Assembly (NCBI RefSeq): GCF_009914755.1
Contig: NC_060932.1
DNA length: 64,000 nt
Direction: 5' to 3' (one strand)
Source: the human T2T-CHM13v2.0 reference genome, Homo sapiens
The position numbers and the translations under genes were made by a program. Below are positions 40,101 through 54,138 of this stretch, piece by piece (positions within the stretch are counted from its first letter, which is position 1; every line of letters begins with the position of its first letter). The notes beneath the pieces were generated by a model. The model worked only from the letters and a program-made list of their open reading frames with translations, was not told where the DNA came from and made no database searches.

Positions 40101-43100
40101 ATAGAGTAGGTTTGAAACCCTCTTTTTATAGTGTCTGGAAGCGGGCATTTGGAGCGCTTTCAGGCCTATGCTGAAAAAGGAAATATCTACCTACAGAAAC
40201 TAGACAGAAGCATTCTGAGAATCACGTTTGTGATGTGGGTACTCAACTAACAGTGTTGATCCATTCTTTTGATACAGCAGTTTTGAACCACACTTTTTGT
40301 AGAATCTGCAAGTGGATATTTGGATAGCTGTGAGGATTTCGTTGGAAACGGGAATGTCTTCATCGAAAATTTAGACAGAAGCATTCTCAGAACCTTGATT
40401 GTGATGTGTGTTCTCCACTAACAGAGTTGAACCTTTCTTTTGACAGAACTGTTCTGAAACATTCTTTTTATAGAATCTGGAAGTGGATATTTGGAAAGAT
40501 TTGAGGATTTCGTTGGAAACGGGAATATCTTCAAATAAAATCTAGCCAGAAGCATTCTAAGAAACATATTAGGGATGTTTACATTCAAGTCACAGAGTGG
40601 AACATTCCCTTTCGCAGAACAGGTTTGAAACAATCTTCTCGTACTATCTGGAAGTGGACATTTTGAGCTCCTTGGGGCCTATGCTGAAAAAGGAAATATC
40701 TTCCGACAAAAACTAGATAGAAGCATTCGCAGAATCACGTTTGTGATGTGTGCACTCAACTGTCAGAATTGAACCTTGGTTTGGACAGAGCACTTTTGAA
40801 ACACTCTTTTTGTAGAATCTGCAGGTGGATATTTGGCTAGCTTTGAGGATTTCGTTGGAAACGGAAATGTCTTCAAAGAAAATCTAGACAGAAACATTCT
40901 CAGAAACACCTTCGTGATGTTTGCAATCAAGTCACAGAGTTGAACCTTCCGTTTCATAGAGCAGGTTGGAAACACTCTTTTTGTAGTATCTGGAAGTGGA
41001 CATTTGGAGCGCTTTCAGGCCTCTGGTGAAAAAGGAAATATCTTCCCATAAAAACGACATAGAATCTATCTCAGGAACTTGTTTATGACGCATCTAATCA
41101 ACTAACAGTGTTGAACCTTTGTACTGACAGAGCCGTTTGAAACACTCTTTTTTTTGGAATCTGCAAGTGGATATTTGGATCGCTTTGAGGATTTCGTTGG
41201 AAACGGGATGCAATATAAAACGTACACAGCAGCATACTCAGAAAATACTTTGCCATATTTCCATTCAAGTCACAGAGTGGAACATTCCCATTCATAGAGC
41301 AGGTTTGAAACAGTCTTTTTGGAGTATCTGGAAGTGGACATTTGGAGCGCTTTCTGAACTATGGTGAAAAAGGAAATATCTTCCAATGAAAACAAGACAG
41401 AAGCATTCTGAGAAACTTATTTGTGATGTGTGTCCTCAACTAACGGACTTGAACCTTTCGTTTCATGCAGTACTTCTGGAACACTCTTTTTGAAGATTCT
41501 GCATGCGGATCTTTGGATAGCTTTGAGGATTTCGTTGGAAACGGGCTTACATGTAAAAATTAGACAGCAGCATTCTCAGAAACTTCTTTGTGGTGTCTGC
41601 GTTCAAGTCACAGAATTGAACATCCCCTCACATAGAGCAGTTGTGCAGCACTCTATTTGTAGTATCTCGAAATGTACATTTGGAGGGCTTTGTAGCCTAT
41701 CTGGAAAAAGGAAATATCTTTCCATGAATGCGAGATAGAAGTAATCTCAGAAACATGTTTATGCTGTATCTACTCAACTAACTGTGCTGAACATCTCTAT
41801 TGATAGAGCAGTTTTGAGACACTCTTCTTTTGGAATCTGCAAGTGGATATTTGGATAGATTTGAGGATTTCGTTGGAAACGGGATTATATATCAAAAGTA
41901 GACAGCAGCATTCTCAGAAACTTCTTTGTGATGTTTGCATCCAGCTCTCAGAGTTGAACATTCCCTTTCATAGAGTAGGTTTGAAACCCTCTTTTTATAG
42001 TGTCTGGAAGCGGGCATTTGGAGCGCTTTCAGGCCTATGCTGAAAAAGGAAATATCTACCTACAGAAACTAGACAGAAGCATTCTGAGAATCACGTTTGT
42101 GATGTGGGTACTCAACTAACAGTGTTGATCCATTCTTTTGATACAGCAGTTTTGAACCACACTTTTTGTAGAACCTGCAAGTGGATATTTGGATAGCTGT
42201 GAGGATTTCGTTGGAAACGGGAATGTCTTCATAGAAAATTTAGACAGAAGCATTCTCAGAACCTTGATTGTGATGTGTGTTCTCCACTAACAGAGTTGAA
42301 CCTTTCTTTTGACAGAACTGTTCTGAAACATTCTTTTTATAGAATCTGGAAGTGGATATTTGGAAAGCTTTGAGGATTTCGTTGGAAACGGGAATATCTT
42401 CAAATAAAATCTAGCCAGAAGCATTCTAATAAACATCTTAGGGATGTTTACATTCAAGTCACAGAGTCGAACATTCCCTTTCGCAGAGCAGGTTTGAAAC
42501 AATCTTCTCGTACTATCTGGAAGTGGACATTTTGAGCTCCTTGGGGCCTATGCTGAAAAAGGAAATATCTTCCGACAAAAACTAGACAGAAGCATTCGCA
42601 GAATCACGTTTGTGATGTGTGCACTCAACTGTCAGAATTGAACCTTGGTTTGGACAGAGCACTTTTGAAACACTCTTTTTGTAGAATCTGCAGGTGGATA
42701 TTTGGCTAGCTTTGAGGATTTCGTTGGAAACGGTAATGTCTTCAAAGAAAATCTAGACAGAAACATTCTCAGAAACACCTTCGTGATGTTTGCAATCAAG
42801 TCACAGAGTTGAACCTTCCGTTTCATAGAGCAGGTTGGAAACACTCTTTTTGTAGTTTCTGGAAGTGGACAATTGGAGCGCTTTCAGGCCTCTGGTGAAA
42901 AAGGAAATATCTTCCCATAAAAACAACATAGAAGCTATCTCAAGAACTTGTTTATGACGCATCCAATCAACTAACAGTGTTGAACCTTTGTACTGACAGA
43001 GCAGTTTGAAACACTCTTTTTTTGGAATCTGCAAGTAGATATTTGGGTCGCTTTGAGGATTTCGTTGGAAACGGGATGCAATATAAAACGTACACAGCAG

Positions 43101-44630
43101 CATACTCAGAAAATGCTTTGCCATATTTCAATTCAAGTCACAGAGTGGAACATTCCCATTCATAGAGCAGGTTTGAAACACTCTTTTTGTAGTATCTGGA
43201 AGTGGACATTTGGAGCGCTTTCTGAACTATGGTGAAAAAGGAAATATCTTCCAATGAAAAGAAGACAGAAGCATTCTGAGAAACTTATTTGTGATGTGTG
43301 TCCTCAACTAACGGACTTGAAACTTTGTTTCATGCAGTACTTCTGGAACACTCTTTTTGAAGATTCTGCATGCGGATATTTGGATAGCTTTGAGGATTTC
43401 GTTGGAAACGGGCTTACATGTAAAAATTAGACAGCAGCATTCTCAGAAACTTCTTTGTGGTGTCTGCGTTCAAGTCACAGAATTGAACATCCCCTCACAT
43501 AGAGCAGTTGTGCAGCACTCTATTTGTAGTATCTCGAAGTGGACATTTGGAGGGCTTTGTAGCCTATCTGGAAAAAGGAAATATCTTCCCATGAATGCGA
43601 GATAGAAGTAATCTCAGAAACATGTTTATGCTGTATCTACTCAACTAACTGTGCTGAACATTTCAATTGATAGAGCAGTTTTGAGACACTCTTCTTTTGG
43701 AATCTGCAAGTGGATATTTGGATAGATTTGAGGATTTCGTTGGCAACGGGATTATATATCCAAAGTAGACAGCAGCATTCTCAGAAACTTCTTTGTGATG
43801 TTTGCATCCAGCTCTCAGAGTTGAACATTCCCTTTCATAGAGTAGGTTTGAAACCCTCTTTTTATAGTGTCTGGAAGCGGGCATTTGGAGCGCTTTCAGG
43901 CCTATGCTGAAAAAGGAAATATCTACCTATAGAAACTAGACAGAAGCATTCTGAGAATCACGTTTGTGATGTGGGTACTCAACTAACAGTGTTGATCCAT
44001 TCTTTTGATACAGCAGTTTTGAACCACACTTTTTGTAGAATCTGCAAGTGGATATTTGGATAGCTGTGAGGATTTCGTTGGAAACGGGAATGTCTTCATA
44101 GAAAATTTAGACAGAAGCATTCTCAGAACCTTGATTGTGATGTGTGTTCTCCACTAACAGAGTTGAACCTTTCTTTTGACAGAACTGTTCTGAAACATTC
44201 TTTTTATAGAATCTGGAAGTGCATATTTGGAAAGCTTTGAGGACTTCGTTTGAAACGGGAATATCTTCAAATCAAATCTAGCCAGAAGCATTCTAAGAAA
44301 CATCTTAGGGATGTTTACATTCAAGTCACAGAGTTGAACATTCCCTTTCACAGAGCAGGTTTGAAACAATCTTCTCGTACTATCTGGCAGTGGACATTTT
44401 GAGCTCCTTGGGGCCTATGCTGAAAAAGGAAATATCTTCCGACAAAAACTAGACAGAAGCATTCGCAGAATCACGTTTGTGATGTGTGCACTCAACTGTC
44501 AGAATTGAACCTTGGTTTGGACAGAGCACTTTTGAAACACTCTTTTTGTAGAATATGCAGGTGGATATTTGGCTAGCTTTGAGGATTTCGTTGGAAACGG
44601 TAATGTCTTCAAAGAAAATCTAGACAGAAG
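37159..44630 (+). repeat. Four tandem 11-mer HORs (37159, 39027, 40895, 42764); the first is a left/right-type hybrid
   Basis: Lengths 1868, 1868, 1869, 1867, with many more unit-specific variants than the left domain. Confidence 0.94.
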
Positions 44631-45986
44631 CATTCTCAGAAACACCTTCGTGATGTTTGCAATCAAGTCACAGAGTTGAACCTTCCGTTTCATAGAGCAG
44701 GTTGGAAACACTCTTTTTGTAGTATCTGGAAGTGGACATTTGGAGCGCTTTCAGGCCTATGGTGAAAAAGGAAATATCTTCCCATAAAAACGACATAGAA
44801 GCTATCTCAGGAACTTGTTTATGATGCATCTAATCAACTAACAGTGTTGAACCTTTGTACTGACAGAGCAGTTTGAAACACTCTTTTTTTCGAATCTGCA
44901 AGTGGATATTTGGATCGCTTTGAGGATTTCGTTGGAAACGGGATGCAATATAAAACGTACACAGCAGCATACTCAGAAAATACTTTGCCATATTTCCATT
45001 CAAGTCACAGAGTGGAACATTCCCATTCATAGAGCAGGTTGGAAACACTCTTTTTGGAGTATCTGGAAGTGGACATTTGGAGCGCTTTCTGAACTATGGT
45101 GAAAAAGGAAATATCTTCCAATGAAAACAAGACAGAAGCATTCTGAGAAATTTATTTGTGATGTGTGTCCTCAACAAACGGACTTGAACCTTTCGTTTCA
45201 TGCAGTACTTCTGGAACACTCTTTTTGAAGATTCTGCATGCGGATATTTGGATAGCTTTGAGGATTTCGTTGGAAACGGGCTTACATGTAAAAATTAGAC
45301 AGCAGCATTCTCAGAAACTTCTTTGTGGTGTCTGCATTCAAGTCACAGAATTGAACTTCCCCTCACATAGAGCAGTTGTGCAGCACTCTATTTGTAGTAT
45401 CTGGAAGTGGACATTTGGAGGGCTTTGTAGCCTATCTGGAAAAAGGAAATATCTTCCCATGAATGCGAGATAGAAGTAATCTCAGAAACATGTTTATGCT
45501 GTATCTACTCAACTAACTGTGCTGAACATTTCTATTGATAGAGCAGTTTTGAGACACTCTTCTTTTGGAATCTGCAAGTGGATATTTGGATAGATTTGAG
45601 GATTTCGTTGGAAACGGGATTATATATAAAAAGTAGACAGCAGCATTCTCAGAAACTTCTTTGTGATGTTTGCATCCAGCTCTCAGAGTTGAACATTCCC
45701 TTTCATAGAGTAGGTTTGAAACCCTCTTTTTATAGTGTCTAGAAGCGGGCATTTGGAGCGCTTTCAGGCCTATGCTTAAAATAGGAAATATCTACCTACA
45801 GAAACTAGACAGAAGCATTCTGAGAATCACGTTTGTGATGTGGGTACTCAACTAACAGTGTTGATCCATTCTTTTGATACAGCAGTTTTGAACCACACTT
45901 TTTGTAGAATCTGCAAGAGGATATTTGGATAGCTGTGAGGATTTCGTTGGAAACGGGAATGTCTTCAAAGAAAATCTAGACAGAAG
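44631..45986 (+). repeat. Single 8-mer HOR of left-domain type inside the 11-mer domain
   Basis: 1356 bp; K/C junction at ~45958-45967; carries CAACAAACGG, AACTTCCCC and CTTAAAATAGG. Confidence 0.94.
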
Positions 45987-48900
45987 CATTCTCAGAAATA
46001 CCTTCGTGATGTTTGCAATCAAGTCACAGAGTTGAACCTTCCGTTTCATAGAGCAGGTTGGAAACACTCTTATTGTAGTATCTGGAAGTGGACATTTGGA
46101 GCGCTTTCAGGCCTATGGTGAAAAAGAAATATCTTCCCATAAAAACGACATAGAAGCTATCTCAGGAACTTGTTTATGATGCATCTAATCAACTAACAGT
46201 GTTGAACATTTGTACTGACAGAGCAGTTTGAAACACTCTTTTTTTGGAATCTGCAAGTGGATATTTGGATCACTTTGAGGATTTCGTTGGAAACGGGATG
46301 CAATATAAAACGTACACAGCAGCATACTCAGAAAATACTTTGCCATATTTCCATTCAAGTCACAGAGTGGAACATTCCCATTCATAGAGCAGGTTGGAAA
46401 CACTCTTTTTGGAGTATCTGGAAGTGGACATTTGGAGCGCTTTCTGAACTATGGTGAAAAAGGAAATATCTTCCAATGAAAACAAGACAGAAGCATTCTG
46501 AGAAACTTATTTGTGATGTGTGTCCTCAACAAACGGACTTGAACCTTTTGTTTCATGCAGTATTTCTGGAACACTCTTTTTGAAGATTCTGCATGCGGAT
46601 ATTTGGATAGCTTTGAGGATTTCGTTGGAAACGGGCTTACATGTAAAAATTAGACAGCAGCATTCTCAGAAACTTCTTTGTGGTGTCTGCATTCAAGTCA
46701 CAGAATTGAACTTCCCCTCACATAGAGCAGTTGTGCAGCACTCTATTTGTAGTATCTGGAAGGGGACATTTGGAGGGCTTTGTAGCCTATCTGGAAAAAG
46801 GAAATATCTTCCCATGAATGCGAGATAGAAGTAATCTCAGAAACATGTTTATGCTGTATCTACTCAACTAACTGTGCTGAACATTTCTATTGATAGAGCA
46901 GTTTTGAGACACTCTTCTTTTGGAATCTGCAAGTGGATATTTGGATAGATTTGAGGATTTCGTTGGAAACGGGATTATATATCAAAAGTAGACAGCAGCA
47001 TTCTCAGAAACTTCTTTGTGATGTTTGCATCCAGCTCTCAGAGTTGAACATTCCCTTTCATAGAGTAGGTTTGAAACCCTCTTTTTATAGTGTCTGGAAG
47101 CGGGCATTTGGAGCGCTTTCACGCCTATGCTGAAAAAGGAAATATCTACCTACAGAAACTAGTCAGAAGCATTCTGAGAATCACGTTTGTGATGTGGGTA
47201 CTCAACTAACAGTGTTGATCCATTCTTTTGATACAGCAGTTTTGAACCACACTTTTTGTAGAATCTGCAAGTGGATATTTGGATAGCTGTGAGGATTTCA
47301 TTGGAAACGGGAATGTCTTCGTAGAAAATTTAGACAGAAGCATTCTCAGAACCTTGATTGTGATGTGTGTTCTCCACTAACAGAGTTGAACCTTTCTTTT
47401 GACAGAACTGTTCTGAAACATTCCTTTTATAGTATCTGGAAGTGGATATTTGGAAAGCTTTGAGGATTTCGTTGGAAACGGGAATATCTTCTAATAAAAT
47501 CTAGCCAGAAGCATTCTAAGAAACATCTTAGGGATGTTTACCTTCAAGTAACAGAGTGGAACATTCCCTTTCGCAGAGCAGGTTTGAAACAATCTTCTCG
47601 TACTATCTGGAAGTGGACATCTTGAGCTCCTTGGGGCCTATGCTGAAAAAGGAAATATCTTCCGACAAAAACTAGACAGAAGCATTCGCAGAATCACGTT
47701 TGTGATGTGTGCACTCAACTGTCAGCATTGAACCTTGGTTTGGACAGAGCACTTTTGAAACACACTTTTTGAAGGATCTGCAGGTGGATATTTGGCTAGC
47801 TTTTAGGATTTCGTTGGAAACGGTAATGTCTTCAAAGAAAATCTAGACAGAAACATTCTCAGAAACACCTTCGTGATGTTTGCAATCAAGTCACAGAGTT
47901 GAACCTTCCGTTTCATAGAGCAGGTTGGAAACACTCTTTTTGTAGTATCTGGAAGTGGACATTTGGAGTGCTTTCAGGCCTCTGGTGAAAAAGGAAATAT
48001 CTTCCCATAAAAACGACATAGAAGCTATCTCAGGAACTTGTTTATGATGCATCTAATCAACTAACAGTGTTGAACCTTTGTACTGACAGAGCAGTTTGAA
48101 ACACTCTTTTTTTGGAATCTGCAAGTGGATATTTGGATCGCTTTGTGGATTTCGTTGGAAACGGGATGCAATATAAAACGTGCACAGCAGCATATTCAGA
48201 AAATACTTTGCCATATTTCCATTCAAGTCACTCAGTGGAACATTCCCATTCATAGAGCAGGTTTGAAACAGTCTTTTTGGAGTATCTGGAAGTGGACATT
48301 TGGAGCGCTTTCTGAACTATGGTGAAAAAGGAAATATCTTCCAATGAAAACAAGACAGAAGCATTCTGAGAAACTTATTTGTGATGTGTGTCCTCAACTA
48401 ACGGACTTGAACCTTTCGTTTCATGCAGTACTTCTGGAACACTCTTTTTGAAGATTCTGCATGTGGATATTTGGATAGCTTTGAGGATTTCGTTGGAAAC
48501 GGGCTTACATGTAAAAATTAGACAGCAGCATTCTCAGAAACTTCTTTGTGGTGTCTGCGTTCAAGTCACAGAATTGAACATCCCCTCACATAGAGCAGCT
48601 GTGCAGCACTCTATTTGTAGTATCTCGAAATGTACATTTGGAGGGCTTTGTAGCCTATCTGGAAAAAGGAAATATCTTCCCATGAATGCGAGATAGAAGT
48701 AATCTCAGAAACATGTTTATGCTGTATCTACTCAACTAACTGTGCTGAACATCTCTATTGATAGAGCAGTTTTGAGACACTCTTCTTTTGGAATCTGCAA
48801 GTGGATATTTGGATAGATTTGAGGATTTCGTTGGAAACGGGATTATATATCAAAAGTAGACAGCAGCATTCTCAGAAACTTCTTTGTGATGTTTGCATCC

Positions 48901-51900
48901 AGCTCTCAGAGTTGAACATTCCCTTTCATAGAGTAGGTTTGAAACCCTCTTTTTATAGTGTCTGGAAGCGGGCATTTGGAGCGCTTTCAGGCCTATGCTG
49001 AAAAAGGAAATATCTACCTACAGAAACTAGACAGAAGCATTCTGAGAATCACGTTTGTGATGTGGGTACTCAACTAACAGTGTTGATCCATTCTTTTGAT
49101 ACAGCAGTTTTGAACCACACTTTTTGTAGAATCTGCAAGTGGATATTTGGATAGCTGTGAGGATTTCGTTGGAAACGGGAATGTCTTCATCGAAAATTTA
49201 GACAGAAGCATTCTCAGAACCTTGATTGTGATGTGTGTTCTCCACTAACAGAGTTGAACCTTTCTTTTGACAGAACTGTTCTGAAACATTCTTTTTATAG
49301 AATCTGGAAGTGGATATTTGGAAAGATTTGAGGATTTCGTTGGAAACGGGAATATCTTCAAATAAAATCTAGCCAGAAGCATTCTAAGAAACATATTAGG
49401 GATGTTTACATTCAAGTCACAGAGTGGAACATTCCCTTTCGCAGAACAGGTTTGAAACAATCTTCTCGTACTATCTGGAAGTGGACATTTTGAGCTCCTT
49501 GGGGCCTATGCTGAAAAAGGAAATATCTTCCGACAAAAACTAGATAGAAGCATTCGCAGAATCACGTTTGTGATGTGTGCACTCAACTGTCAGAATTGAA
49601 CCTTGGTTTGGACAGAGCACTTTTGAAACACTCTTTTTGTAGAATCTGCAGGTGGATATTTGGCTAGCTTTGAGGATTTCGTTGGAAACGGAAATGTCTT
49701 CAAAGAAAATCTAGACAGAAACATTCTCAGAAACACCTTCGTGATGTTTGCAATCAAGTCACAGAGTTGAACCTTCCGTTTCATAGAGCAGGTTGGAAAC
49801 ACTCTTTTTGTAGTATCTGGAAGTGGACATTTGGAGCGCTTTCAGGCCTCTGGTGAAAAAGGAAATATCTTCCCATAAAAACGACATAGAATCTATCTCA
49901 GGAACTTGTTTATGACGCATCTAATCAACTAACAGTGTTGAACCTTTGTACTGACAGAGCCGTTTGAAACACTCTTTTTTTTGGAATCTGCAAGTGGATA
50001 TTTGGATCGCTTTGAGGATTTCGTTGGAAACGGGATGCAATATAAAACGTACACAGCAGCATACTCAGAAAATACTTTGCCATATTTCCATTCAAGTCAC
50101 AGAGTGGAACATTCCCATTCATAGAGCAGGTTTGAAACAGTCTTTTTGGAGTATCTGGAAGTGGACATTTGGAGCGCTTTCTGAACTATGGTGAAAAAGG
50201 AAATATCTTCCAATGAAAACAAGACAGAAGCATTCTGAGAAACTTATTTGTGATGTGTGTCCTCAACTAACGGACTTGAACCTTTCGTTTCATGCAGTAC
50301 TTCTGGAACACTCTTTTTGAAGATTCTGCATGCGGATCTTTGGATAGCTTTGAGGATTTCGTTGGAAACGGGCTTACATGTAAAAATTAGACAGCAGCAT
50401 TCTCAGAAACTTCTTTGTGGTGTCTGCGTTCAAGTCACAGAATTGAACATCCCCTCACATAGAGCAGTTGTGCAGCACTCTATTTGTAGTATCTCGAAAT
50501 GTACATTTGGAGGGCTTTGTAGCCTATCTGGAAAAAGGAAATATCTTTCCATGAATGCGAGATAGAAGTAATCTCAGAAACATGTTTATGCTGTATCTAC
50601 TCAACTAACTGTGCTGAACATCTCTATTGATAGAGCAGTTTTGAGACACTCTTCTTTTGGAATCTGCAAGTGGATATTTGGATAGATTTGAGGATTTCGT
50701 TGGAAACGGGATTATATATCAAAAGTAGACAGCAGCATTCTCAGAAACTTCTTTGTGATGTTTGCATCCAGCTCTCAGAGTTGAACATTCCCTTTCATAG
50801 AGTAGGTTTGAAACCCTCTTTTTATAGTGTCTGGAAGCGGGCATTTGGAGCGCTTTCAGGCCTATGCTGAAAAAGGAAATATCTACCTACAGAAACTAGA
50901 CAGAAGCATTCTGAGAATCACGTTTGTGATGTGGGTACTCAACTAACAGTGTTGATCCATTCTTTTGATACAGCAGTTTTGAACCACACTTTTTGTAGAA
51001 TCTGCAAGTGGATATTTGGATAGCTGTGAGGATTTCGTTGGAAACGGGAATGTCTTCATCGAAAATTTAGACAGAAGCATTCTCAGAACCTTGATTGTGA
51101 TGTGTGTTCTCCACTAACAGAGTTGAACCTTTCTTTTGACAGAACTGTTCTGAAACATTCTTTTTATAGAATCTGGAAGTGGATATTTGGAAAGCTTTGA
51201 GGATTTCGTTGGAAACGGGAATATCTTCAAATAAAATCTAGCCAGAAGCATTCTAATAAACATCTTAGGGATGTTTACATTCAAGTCACAGAGTCGAACA
51301 TTCCCTTTCGCAGAGCAGGTTTGAAACAATCTTCTCGTACTATCTGGAAGTGGACATTTTGAGCTCCTTGGGGCCTATGCTGAAAAAGGAAATATCTTCC
51401 GACAAAAACTAGACAGAAGCATTCGCAGAATCACGTTTGTGATGTGTGCACTCAACTGTCAGAATTGAACCTTGGTTTGGACAGAGCACTTTTGAAACAC
51501 TCTTTTTGTAGAATCTGCAGGTGGATATTTGGCTAGCTTTGAGGATTTCGTTGGAAACGGTAATGTCTTCAAAGAAAATCTAGACAGAAACATTCTCAGA
51601 AACACCTTCGTGATGTTTGCAATCAAGTCACAGAGTTGAACCTTCCGTTTCATAGAGCAGGTTGGAAACACTCTTTTTGTAGTTTCTGGAAGTGGACAAT
51701 TGGAGCGCTTTCAGGCCTCTGGTGAAAAAGGAAATATCTTCCCATAAAAACAACATAGAAGCTATCTCAAGAACTTGTTTATGACGCATCCAATCAACTA
51801 ACAGTGTTGAACCTTTGTACTGACAGAGCAGTTTGAAACACTCTTTTTTTGGAATCTGCAAGTAGATATTTGGGTCGCTTTGAGGATTTCGTTGGAAACG

Positions 51901-53457
51901 GGATGCAATATAAAACGTACACAGCAGCATACTCAGAAAATGCTTTGCCATATTTCAATTCAAGTCACAGAGTGGAACATTCCCATTCATAGAGCAGGTT
52001 TGAAACACTCTTTTTGTAGTATCTGGAAGTGGACATTTGGAGCGCTTTCTGAACTATGGTGAAAAAGGAAATATCTTCCAATGAAAAGAAGACAGAAGCA
52101 TTCTGAGAAACTTATTTGTGATGTGTGTCCTCAACTAACGGACTTGAAACTTTGTTTCATGCAGTACTTCTGGAACACTCTTTTTGAAGATTCTGCATGC
52201 GGATATTTGGATAGCTTTGAGGATTTCGTTGGAAACGGGCTTACATGTAAAAATTAGACAGCAGCATTCTCAGAAACTTCTTTGTGGTGTCTGCGTTCAA
52301 GTCACAGAATTGAACATCCCCTCACATAGAGCAGTTGTGCAGCACTCTATTTGTAGTATCTCGAAGTGGACATTTGGAGGGCTTTGTAGCCTATCTGGAA
52401 AAAGGAAATATCTTCCCATGAATGCGAGATAGAAGTAATCTCAGAAACATGTTTATGCTGTATCTACTCAACTAACTGTGCTGAACATTTCAATTGATAG
52501 AGCAGTTTTGAGACACTCTTCTTTTGGAATCTGCAAGTGGATATTTGGATAGATTTGAGGATTTCGTTGGCAACGGGATTATATATCCAAAGTAGACAGC
52601 AGCATTCTCAGAAACTTCTTTGTGATGTTTGCATCCAGCTCTCAGAGTTGAACATTCCCTTTCATAGAGTAGGTTTGAAACCCTCTTTTTATAGTGTCTG
52701 GAAGCGGGCATTTGGAGCGCTTTCAGGCCTATGCTGAAAAAGGAAATATCTACCTATAGAAACTAGACAGAAGCATTCTGAGAATCACGTTTGTGATGTG
52801 GGTACTCAACTAACAGTGTTGATCCATTCTTTTGATACAGCAGTTTTGAACCACACTTTTTGTAGAATCTGCAAGTGGATATTTGGATAGCTGTGAGGAT
52901 TTCGTTGGAAACTGGAATGTCTTCATAGAAAATTTAGACAGAAGCATTCTCAGAACCTTGATTGTGATGTGTGTTCTCCACTAACAGAGTTGAACCTTTC
53001 TTTTGACAGAACTGTTCTGAAACATTCTTTTTATAGAATCTGGAAGTGCATATTTGGAAAGCTTTGAGGACTTCGTTTGAAACGGGAATATCTTCAAATC
53101 AAATCTAGCCAGAAGCATTCTAAGAAACATCTTAGGGATGTTTACATTCAAGTCACAGAGTTGAACATTCCCTTTCACAGAGCAGGTTTGAAACAATCTT
53201 CTCGTACTATCTGGCAGTGGACATTTTGAGCTCCTTGGGGCCTATGCTGAAAAAGGAAATATCTTCCGACAAAAACTAGACAGAAGCATTCGCAGAATCA
53301 CGTTTGTGATGTGTGCACTCAACTGTCAGAATTGAACCTTGGTTTGGACAGAGCACTTTTGAAACACTCTTTTTGTAGAATCTGCAGGTGGATATTTGGC
53401 TAGCTTTGAGGATTTCGTTGGAAACGGTAATGTCTTCAAAGAAAATCTAGACAGAAG
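45987..53457 (+). repeat. Four tandem 11-mer HORs (45987, 47854, 49722, 51591); the first is a hybrid
   Basis: Lengths 1867, 1868, 1869, 1867; matches ~38.0-44.6 kb at offset 8,827. Confidence 0.94.
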
Positions 53458-54138
53458 CATTCTCAGAAACACCTTCGTGATGTTTGCAATCAAGTCACAG
53501 AGTTGAACCTTCCGTTTCATAGAGCAGGTTGGAAACACTCTTTTTGTAGTATCTGGAAGTGGACATTTGGAGGGCTTTGTAGCCTATCTGGAAAAAGGAA
53601 ATATCTTCCCATGAATGCGAGATAGAAGTAATCTCAGAAACATGTTTATGCTGTATCTACTCAACTAACTGTGCTGAACATTTCTATTGATAGAGCAGTT
53701 TTGAGACACTCTTCTTTTGGAATCTGCAAGTGGATATTTGGATAGATTTGAGGATTTCGTTGGAAACGGGATTATATATCAAAAGTAGACAGCAGCATTC
53801 TCAGAAACTTCTTTGTGATGTTTGCATCCAGCTCTCAGAGTTGAGCATTCCCTTTCATAGAGTAGGTTTGAAACCCTCTTTTTATAGTGTCTGGAAGCGG
53901 GCATTTGGAGCGCTTTCAGGCCTATGCTTAAAATAGGAAATATCTACCTACAGAAACTAGACAGAAGCATTCTGAGAATCACGTTTGTGATGTGGGTACT
54001 CAACTAACAGTGTTGATCCATTCTTTTGATACAGCAGTTTTGAACCACACTTTTTGTAGAATCTGCAAGAGGATATTTGGATAGCTGTGAGGATTTCGTT
54101 GGAAACGGGAATGTCTTCAAAGAAAATCTAGACAGAAG
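53458..54138 (+). repeat. 4-mer HOR variant (681 bp): D/H, I, J, K/C
   Basis: D starts at 53458 and 54139; D-to-H switch within 53543-53572. Confidence 0.93.

Noticed and set aside
44244-44260. CTTCGTTTGAAACGGGA (also ~53071-53087) as a dead CENP-B box
   Set aside because: The G>T falls at a non-core position of nTTCGnnnnAnnCGGGn, so I counted it as intact.
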